Below are positions 57,372-64,000 of a DNA stretch of 64,000 bases, one piece after another. Both the position numbers and the translations under genes were made by a program. This DNA is from an uncultured virus (IMG/VR IMGVR_UViG_3300021387_000062) (lineage: Duplodnaviria; Heunggongvirae; Uroviricota; Caudoviricetes): IMG/VR virus record IMGVR_UViG_3300021387_000062, one strand, 5' to 3'. A model generated the notes under the pieces. The model searched no databases. It worked only from the letters and a program-made list of their open reading frames with translations, and was not told where the DNA came from. How positions within the stretch are numbered: position 1 is the stretch's first letter; each line of letters starts with the position of its first letter.

Positions 57372-57560
57372 ATTTTTATTTCGGTGGAAATTGTTTTGGT
57401 AGGGGTTGAAATTTTTATTTCGGTAGGAATTGTTTCCACGTGGCGCGGTTGGTCGATTTGGCTTTTTGTGCATTTCCTACAATAACCCCGCCCCTTTTTG
57501 CCGCCCTTTTGTGCAAAACGTCAAAGATTCGATTTTAGCCGTCAAAATGAAAAATAACTG

Positions 57561-57589
57561 TTGCAATTCGCTTTTCTATCTGCTATATT
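57561..57589 (+). promoter_or_regulatory. sigmaA-type promoter at the start of the putative early region
   Basis: TTGCAA-17 bp-TATATT with TGn, AT-rich upstream. Confidence 0.65.
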
Positions 57590-57748
57590 ATACCCAGGTC
57601 GAGGCGATACACCAGCGAGGCCGAGGCCGAGGCGGAAAGAACGGAATAAGCGATACTTAACAGGCCCCTGCCCTCTGTCGGAATCGCCGGCGGCAAACCT
57701 GCAAGTTATACACGCTAATTCAAATTTGATTTTATGGAGGTAACTATT

Positions 57749-58222
57749 ATGACAAACTACAATTACAAGCCCGAGGACTCGGGCAAGCTAGGCAAGACTT
57801 TCGAGCGTGACCTCAAGGCGGCCTTTCATCAGGGAGCTAAGGTTGCAAAGCAGGGCAAGATCGACTTTCGGCGTGATGCTAAGTGTTTCGAGGTAAAGAC
57901 AGGAGCAGGGGAGCTTGACTTCCTGTTCAGGTCTAAGGTGAAATATGTTGCCTATGTTCCTGTCGTGGCCGAGGCTCAGGACGTGACGGCTCAGGAGGGA
58001 TTTATCCTCGACCGTGAGACTTTCCTCGAGTGCATCGAGGAGGCAGGCCTGCTCCGGAACAAGGTTAGCACAAGCGGACAGGAAAAAATCACAATACAGA
58101 CCTTTTGGAACCATAGCAAAAACAAGCCTCACGGCAAAAAGTATTTTGCCCTGCTTGATCTGTTGTATGACCGGTCTATTATGACTCTTGAGGAGTATTT
58201 CGATTGTGAGGGGCGGTTCTAA
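57749..58222 (+). CDS. PD-(D/E)XK nuclease-like protein
   Basis: GKTFE...GKIDF...FEVKTG; GGAGG RBS. Confidence 0.6.
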   Translation: MTNYNYKPEDSGKLGKTFERDLKAAFHQGAKVAKQGKIDFRRDAKCFEVKTGAGELDFLFRSKVKYVAYVPVVAEAQDVTAQEGFILDRETFLECIEEAGLLRNKVSTSGQEKITIQTFWNHSKNKPHGKKYFALLDLLYDRSIMTLEEYFDCEGRF

Positions 58223-58260
58223 ACCGCCCTCCCCGATAAAAATTAAGGAGGTATTTTACA

Positions 58261-58476
58261 ATGAAAAATGACGTTATCCGCAACTATTCCCTCGAGGAAC
58301 ACGCCCGTCTTGACTATATCGCCTACCAGTGGCGGCGGTGTGGTTATGAGGCTGAAGCCGAGGCCGCTCAGGCCAAGGCCGACAACTATTATCTCGCTTA
58401 TGAGAACGCCTTACGGGTGCAGGCAGGCCTCCCCGAGATTACCCTCGAGGAGCTGAAAGCAAGACGCCCCACCTGA
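58261..58476 (+). CDS. Hypothetical protein
   Basis: AAGGAGG RBS, downstream hairpin. Confidence 0.7.
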   Translation: MKNDVIRNYSLEEHARLDYIAYQWRRCGYEAEAEAAQAKADNYYLAYENALRVQAGLPEITLEELKARRPT

Positions 58477-58535
58477 GACAGTGGAGGCCTCCGCAAGGAG
58501 GCCTCATGATGAAAATATTAAAGGAGGATATAAAA

Positions 58536-58805
58536 ATGATTCAGAGCTTTTCCGTTAGAACGTATAACTTCCTGCTCAGGGACAAGATTGATATGGACTC
58601 TCGTGAGGCTGTACTTGCCTATGCTGATAAGATCATGAACAGGAAAGTAAGGCTTGCAGGAAGAAAAACCGCCGTTGAACTGTACAGGGCCGCCGGCCTC
58701 GGCCTGTATCGTATCGCTGAAATCATGAACTATGAAATGGATTTCAGATACCTCAAACTGTATTGTGAACACCTCGACAGGTACACATTCCATCAGGCAT
58801 GGTAA
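58536..58805 (+). CDS. RNA polymerase alpha-CTD-like protein
   Basis: FSVRTYNFLLRDKI...KVRLAGRKTAVEL vs Firmicute RpoA LSVRSYNCLKRAGI...KVRNLGRKSLEE; AAGGAGG RBS. Confidence 0.55.
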   Translation: MIQSFSVRTYNFLLRDKIDMDSREAVLAYADKIMNRKVRLAGRKTAVELYRAAGLGLYRIAEIMNYEMDFRYLKLYCEHLDRYTFHQAW

Positions 58806-58852
58806 ACCGAGGGAGGTTTAACCTCCCTCCATTATATAAGGAGGAATTACAG

Positions 58853-59038
58853 ATGACATATACAATTTACAATCCTGACACGGGCGAAACAATCATGAGC
58901 GAAAATCCTCGCACCTTATTCCAGTCGGCGCGTATGGTTGCACGTATCGACGCCTGGCCTCTCCCAATTTGTATTAAGCGTGACAAAAAACCGATTGCGG
59001 TTTATACCACTACAGGTTTTCAGTGGTTAAAAAATTGA
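58853..59038 (+). CDS. Hypothetical protein
   Basis: AAGGAGG RBS; hairpin 59047-59070. Confidence 0.65.
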   Translation: MTYTIYNPDTGETIMSENPRTLFQSARMVARIDAWPLPICIKRDKKPIAVYTTTGFQWLKN

Positions 59039-59495
59039 TACTATATAGGAGGCCTCTCCGGAGGCCTTCTCATTTTGCCTTAAAGTTAGTTGCCACTAAC
59101 TCCTGCAGCATAATTTAGACGTGTTCAAAATTTAGACGTGTTTTTGTATATTCATGTATATTTATACATTATACAATATTTAGACGTGGACCGTCTAAAT
59201 TTAGACGTGTCGCAGTTAGTGCCAACTAACCACAATATATAGTGTTAGACGAGGATCGTCTAAACCCAGGTCTTGTGTTTTTCAGGAAATTGTGCTATAA
59301 TATCCTCGTCAGTTGGGGAAGGGAAGCCGCAGTCCCGATTCTGGGCGAGGGAACCGCACCAAGTCCCGTGACATGGTGCCCGGACCGGATTTTCCCGGAA
59401 TTGGCAGCTGCGAGCTGGGAAGCTGTAAGCTGCGGCTTGAAATTTCCTAAAATTCGTAGTATAATATATATAGAAAATCAGAAAGGAAGCTGCAA

Positions 59496-59651
59496 ATGAT
59501 GGATAATCCGATTAGTTGGGGAATTTTGGTAATTCTGGCAATCGTTCTTTTGGTTTGGTTCATCAAAAAATGCGAAGATGAGATTTCCCGAAATCAGAGA
59601 GAAAATGACAACTATTTTTGGGAAGTCGAACACGGTTATCGGGAAAAGTAA
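59496..59651 (+). CDS. Small single-pass membrane protein
   Basis: MMDNPISWGILVILAIVLLVWFIKK...; GAAAGGA RBS, promoter TTGAAA-17-TATAAT. Confidence 0.65.
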   Translation: MMDNPISWGILVILAIVLLVWFIKKCEDEISRNQRENDNYFWEVEHGYREK

Positions 59652-60027
59652 TTTTCCCGAAACTATTGTTTAGACGTTTAACGTCTAAATTCATGTATTG
59701 ACGTTTTCCGGAAAATATGGTAATATATAGACACTGAAGGGGAAGTCAAGGTTCAACAAATGGGAAAAGTACCGCAAGGGAAATGAGATCACCAGGTAAA
59801 AGTTGGAACGGATGACGATAGAGAAAAAATTCGGCAATGCCACCAACTACTTTCCCAAAATTATAAAATTGATACGATGGGGCGGGCAACATCTTACCTC
59901 CGGATGTCCCGCCATTTTTCACAAAACGTTTTAGACGTGATACGTCTAAAGAGAGTGATTGACAATTTCTCCGAAAAGTAGTATATTATATACATCCTAA
60001 AGAAAAGAAATTAACGGAGGTACTAAA

Positions 60028-60207
60028 ATGTTTTATCTTTCTATTCACTATGCGGACGGTCGTGTTGACGCGGTTTATTTTGACACCAAGGAAGAAGCGG
60101 AACTGCACGTCGAACTGAATTGCGATGTGTTCGAGGACGATATTTGGGTCGGTCTTGCGGGCGGTCCGATGGTCGAATGGTGCGAAAAGTTCTATTTCGG
60201 TTGGTAA
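60028..60207 (+). CDS. Small acidic hypothetical protein (59 aa)
   Basis: GGAGG RBS, own promoter and terminator. Confidence 0.7.
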   Translation: MFYLSIHYADGRVDAVYFDTKEEAELHVELNCDVFEDDIWVGLAGGPMVEWCEKFYFGW

Positions 60208-60325
60208 CAAAACGTCACTTCTTCGGAAGTGACGACTATTTAGACGTGATACGTCTAAGTCATTGCATTGACAAATCAAACATAAGATGGTATACTTATA
60301 CCATCAAATGAAGGAGGTAACTCAA

Positions 60326-60580
60326 ATGAAAGTTATCGTAGTCAAAGAAGAGGGAAGCAACAATCCCGGAAGAAGACAGACTTATGTCGGGGTGCCGTAT
60401 TCCACAGAGTCTGCCGCACGCATGGCCGCAGTCAACGATTTCTACGCAACGCACTATGTGCGCAATGAACACCACAGCATGCAGGTTTACTACTTTGAGA
60501 ACGAAACACAGTTGAGGTTTGTGTCCGAGGAAACCGGGGAAATCTTCTGTGACTACTTCCTCCTCATCAGTTTCTTCTAA
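60326..60580 (+). CDS. Hypothetical protein
   Basis: AAGGAGG RBS, own promoter and terminator. Confidence 0.7.
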   Translation: MKVIVVKEEGSNNPGRRQTYVGVPYSTESAARMAAVNDFYATHYVRNEHHSMQVYYFENETQLRFVSEETGEIFCDYFLLISFF

Positions 60581-60735
60581 AATATCACAACGGAAATCGA
60601 GGGAAAATTTCTTCCCTCGATTTTTCCGAAAATCTGGTTTAGACGTAAAACGTCTAAAAAGTAGGATTGACATTTTTCCGAAAATCGGTTATACTATACT
60701 CACAAAACAAAAGAGAACTTAAGGAGGTTCCCAAA

Positions 60736-61002
60736 ATGAAAAATTATTATGAGCGCATTTCTTTTATTAAAAGCATTCTTGACTCTTTGCATATCCCATG
60801 CAGTATAAATGAACTTTGGGAAGGATACCAACTTCGCTTCCCGTGGTGCGAAGGTGACGTCGCGGCGCATGACGGCACATACGAAACTAAAAACGGGAAA
60901 GTGGAAAGTTACCAGTTCCCTTGGGATGATGATGTGACCGTTCTCACTCCCGAAGAGGCCGCAATAAAAATTATTGCATTCTATAATGAAGAGATGATTT
61001 AA
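60736..61002 (+). CDS. Hypothetical protein
   Basis: AAGGAGG RBS, own promoter and terminator. Confidence 0.7.
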   Translation: MKNYYERISFIKSILDSLHIPCSINELWEGYQLRFPWCEGDVAAHDGTYETKNGKVESYQFPWDDDVTVLTPEEAAIKIIAFYNEEMI

Positions 61003-61166
61003 TCATCTCTTTTTTATACTTAGACGTGTTACGTCTAAAAACCCATGTTGACTTTCGGGGTTGTTTGTGGTAATATATAGACACTGAAGGGAATGAAATC
61101 CCGACAGAAAAAAAATTAGGGTGGCGACCGACGCCGTGGCACTACGGTGCAGGAAGGATACCTATT

Positions 61167-61520
61167 ATGACGACTCGTGAATTCTACGTTGCTATCGCTG
61201 AGGCTCAGGTTTCTGACGAGCTGACCACGAAGGCGCAGGAGCTGATTGCGGCTCTCGACAGCAAGAACGAGAAGCGCAAGACCACCGAGACGAAGGAGAA
61301 GAAGGAAGCTGCGGCCCGCCGTCAGGCTGTGCTTGACTTCCTCTGTGACCATCAGGGTGAGCCGTTCACCCGTGACCAGATTGCCGAGGCTCTCAGCATC
61401 ACGCCGGGCCAGGTGACTGCCGCTTGCAAGCCGATTGTGGCCGATGGCACGGTAGTGAAGTCCGAGGCAAAGATCGACAAGAAGTCGAAGGTCGTGTATA
61501 CTTACCCGACCGAGGAGTAA
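61167..61520 (+). CDS. Coiled-coil plus winged-helix protein, paralog 1
   Basis: MTTREF...; FTRDQIAEALSITPGQVTAACK...VVY wHTH. Confidence 0.8.
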   Translation: MTTREFYVAIAEAQVSDELTTKAQELIAALDSKNEKRKTTETKEKKEAAARRQAVLDFLCDHQGEPFTRDQIAEALSITPGQVTAACKPIVADGTVVKSEAKIDKKSKVVYTYPTEE

Positions 61521-61711
61521 GCAAAAGGGAAAAGGTTACAGAAATGTAACCTTTTCTCTAAAATTTGTTTTTAGACGTGTAACGTCTAAGAACGGGTATT
61601 GCGTTTTCCCGCAATTTGTGGTATTATACAATTGTCCCAAGGGAAAGGGACAAAACAAAATAAGGGTTGCGACCTAACGCAAGCGCATGAAGCGCAGAAA
61701 GGAAAATCACT

Positions 61712-62059
61712 ATGACTACTCGCGAGTACTTCCAGGCCGTTCTTGACGCTCACATCTCTGACGCTATGGACGAGGCTTCCCGCCAGCTCATTGAGAAGCT
61801 GGACACCCGCAACGCCAAGCGCGCCAGCTCCGACACTAAGGACAAGCGCGAGGCCCGCGCCCGTGTCGAGGCCGTCCGCAACTTCTTCACCGCGAACCCC
61901 ACCGAGGTTTGCACCCGTGACGGTATCGCGGAGCAGTTGGGAATCACTCCCGCGCAGGCTTCCGCCGCATGCAAGTCCCTCGTTGCTCTCGGTGTCGTCA
62001 CCAAGGCCGAGGCCAAGGTCGGCAAGGCGCGCAAGGTGGTTTACTCCCTCGCTCAGTGA
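61712..62059 (+). CDS. Coiled-coil plus winged-helix protein, paralog 2
   Basis: MTTREY...; CTRDGIAEQLGITPAQASAACK...VVY; clear paralog of 61167..61520. Confidence 0.8.
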   Translation: MTTREYFQAVLDAHISDAMDEASRQLIEKLDTRNAKRASSDTKDKREARARVEAVRNFFTANPTEVCTRDGIAEQLGITPAQASAACKSLVALGVVTKAEAKVGKARKVVYSLAQ

Positions 62060-62201
62060 CCACTAATGACAGAACGGTAACAGAAATGTTACCGTTTTGT
62101 TTTTATTTCGTTTTTAGACGTACAACGTCTAAAATGGATACTTGCAAAATAAAAAAATTTGTGGTAATATATAGACACAATAAGAAAGGGGATAAAAAAC
62201 A

Positions 62202-62402
62202 ATGAAAATTGTAAAAACCGTTCATGTTTATGTAACTAAGCAAGAGGCCGAAATCATTGGTAATTTCTGTGCGCTTCTGGATGAAATGGATCCTGAAACA
62301 TGGAGCGCACTTGATGATGCAATGCTTGGTGATCTTGGCATGCTTGCTGAAAAGGCCGATGACCTCAATGATTTGGTTGAATATGAAGAAGAATAGCAAT
62401 AA
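62202..62402 (+). CDS. Small acidic protein (ends TAG CAA TAA)
   Basis: AAAGGGG RBS; stop 62396 in code 11 or 62402 in code 15. Confidence 0.7.
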
Positions 62403-62520
62403 AGATTTTCGGAGAATATTTTTCTCCGAAAATCCAATTTAGACGTTATACGTCTAAATCCAACTCTTGCAATTTTCCGCAAAATGTGGTATCATATAGA
62501 CACTGAAGGAGGTAATAAAA

Positions 62521-62952
62521 ATGAAAAAATCAATCAATTTTGATATGGACGGAACAATTGCTGATCTTTACGGCGTGGAAGGTTGGCTTGAGGACTTACT
62601 GCACGAAGATGTGCGCCCATACGCTGAAGCCCGCCCGCTCGTGAATCTTCAGAGGTTGGCGCGCCTGTTGAATAAGCTTATTCGCGAGGGATATAGCGTC
62701 AACGTGATTTCCTGGACAAGCCGCAACGGTTCGGCTGAATATAACAGAGCCGTTGCAAAGGTCAAAATCCAGTGGCTTGAAACTCACCTCCACTCGGTCA
62801 AGTTCTCAAAGATTGAGATTCTTCCCTATGGGACGCCGAAGGAGCTTTTCGGTGAGGGAATCCTCTTCGATGACGAGGAACACAACAGAGAATCCTGGGG
62901 CGAGGGAGCATACACCGAAAAAGAAATTTTTGAGGTTTTGAAAAATCTCTAA
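62521..62952 (+). CDS. HAD-family 5'(3')-deoxyribonucleotidase-like protein
   Basis: FDMDGTIADL and ILFDDE motifs. Confidence 0.8.
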   Translation: MKKSINFDMDGTIADLYGVEGWLEDLLHEDVRPYAEARPLVNLQRLARLLNKLIREGYSVNVISWTSRNGSAEYNRAVAKVKIQWLETHLHSVKFSKIEILPYGTPKELFGEGILFDDEEHNRESWGEGAYTEKEIFEVLKNL

Positions 62953-63119
62953 AAAAACGAAAGTGTTACAGAAATGTAACACTTTTTCCGTAAATTCCTT
63001 TTAGACGTTATACGTCTAAATATGTGTATTGACTTTTACCTAAAATGTGATATAATTCATAATGTCAGGAGGGAAAAGAAGTTACACCCACTGAACACTA
63101 TATGAAAGAGGTACTATTC

Positions 63120-63869
63120 ATGAAAATCTGTGTATTCGACACTGAAACCACTTCCCTGGACAAGCCGTTCTGCTATAATATTGGTTATGTTGTGATTAAT
63201 ACCGAGGACTGGTCTACCCTCTGCCGCCGTTCCTATGTCGTGGAACAAGTTTGGCACAATCTGCCTCTGTTCTCTTCCGCCTACTATGCGGACAAGCGTC
63301 CTCTGTACGTCGCGGCAATGCGGGCGCGCACCACCACAATGGACAAGTTCGGATATATCTGCCAGCAGATGATCAGGGACTTTCGTAACTATCAGGTTGA
63401 GGTTGCTTTCGCTTATAACTCTTCTTTCGATGAGAAAGTTTTTGCTTTTAATTGTGATTGGTACAAGTGTAACAATCCTTTTGACACTATCCCCGTGAAA
63501 GATATTCGCGGTTATGTTCATCAGTTCCTCATCAATGACGAATACAAGCAGTTTTGTGATAAACACGGTTATTACACCGAAACAGGCAATTATTCTTCCA
63601 CCGCAGAAACCGTTTACAGGTTCATCTTCAACGATACAGAGTTTCTTGAAGCACACACCGCGTTGAACGATTCTGAAATCGAGGCCGAAATTCTGAGACA
63701 GTGCATTTTGTCCGGTGCAAAACTCGAAGGCGAATACAAAACACTTCGTTCAATCGAAAAAATTCAGGAAAAAACACTTCACATCAGAACACCGGAACAA
63801 ATTGATTATTACTTTGATTATTCCAAAATCAGAATTAACAAAGAAAAGACAGAAATTACACTTCGGTAA
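63120..63869 (+). CDS. DEDDh 3'-5' exonuclease
   Basis: FDTETT, AYNSSFD, EAHTALND. Confidence 0.85.
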   Translation: MKICVFDTETTSLDKPFCYNIGYVVINTEDWSTLCRRSYVVEQVWHNLPLFSSAYYADKRPLYVAAMRARTTTMDKFGYICQQMIRDFRNYQVEVAFAYNSSFDEKVFAFNCDWYKCNNPFDTIPVKDIRGYVHQFLINDEYKQFCDKHGYYTETGNYSSTAETVYRFIFNDTEFLEAHTALNDSEIEAEILRQCILSGAKLEGEYKTLRSIEKIQEKTLHIRTPEQIDYYFDYSKIRINKEKTEITLR

Positions 63870-64000
63870 CAAAAGGGAAAGATTACATTTTGTAATCTTT
63901 CCCAAAAATATGGTTTAGACGTCATACGTCTAAATTAGAGTCTTGCAATTTTCCAAAATTTATGATAATATATAGACACAATAAGAAAGGAGATAAAAAT

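Larger units (their letters stand above)
59245..63933 (+). repeat. 11 copies of the palindrome TTAGACGT-N3-ACGTCTAA, each 9 bp upstream of a -35 hexamer
   Basis: Starts at 59245 (variant), 59670, 59931, 60240, 60639, 61020, 61571, 62114, 62439, 63001, 63915. Confidence 0.95.
200..64000. mobile_element. Large tailed bacteriophage genome segment (SPbeta-like gene order, genetic code 15)
   Basis: Terminase-portal-protease-capsid-tail tube-tape measure-Dit-tail spike module plus helicase/primase/RecJ/DnaE module; no host housekeeping operons. Confidence 0.95.

Noticed and set aside
59245..63933. CRISPR array or integron attC array
   Set aside because: Spacing is 261-914 bp with whole genes and promoters between repeats; no cas or integrase gene; repeats are locked to -35 boxes
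1..64000. Integrase, holin/endolysin, suppressor tRNA, release factor
   Set aside because: Looked for and not recognised in this window; lifestyle and recoding machinery cannot be determined here

Overview
The window is almost entirely a large AT-rich tailed (siphovirus-type) bacteriophage genome segment, probably infecting a gut Firmicute, with SPbeta-like gene order. It uses genetic code 15 (TAG = Gln): dozens of ORFs broken in the supplied track join into full-length genes when TAG is read through, and real genes end in TAA/TGA. There are three blocks. (1) About 1.2-30.1 kb, + strand, replication and nucleotide metabolism: GyrB/GyrA-type topoisomerase, SSB-like protein, an AAA ATPase split by a LAGLIDADG-carrying group I intron, DnaB, primase, RecJ, Dam-like MTase, DnaE, glutaredoxin, NrdD/NrdG, nucleoside deoxyribosyltransferase, NCS2 nucleobase permease, dUTPase and a RuvC-like resolvase. 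(2) 30.1-57.2 kb, - strand, morphogenesis: terminase, portal, protease/scaffold, capsid, connectors, tail tube, a 2509-aa tape measure, Dit and a 1607-aa tail spike. (3) 57.6-64 kb, + strand, a GC-richer and essentially TAG-free putative early region. From 59.2 kb it is built from mostly single-gene cassettes (terminator, TTAGACGT-N3-ACGTCTAA palindrome, exactly 9 bp, sigmaA promoter). It also holds an RNAP alpha-CTD-like protein, two wHTH paralogs with a shared covarying pseudoknot leader, and promoter-driven units with no ORF. I saw no tRNA, integrase, lysis genes or CRISPR array. All product calls come from motif recognition, not database searches.
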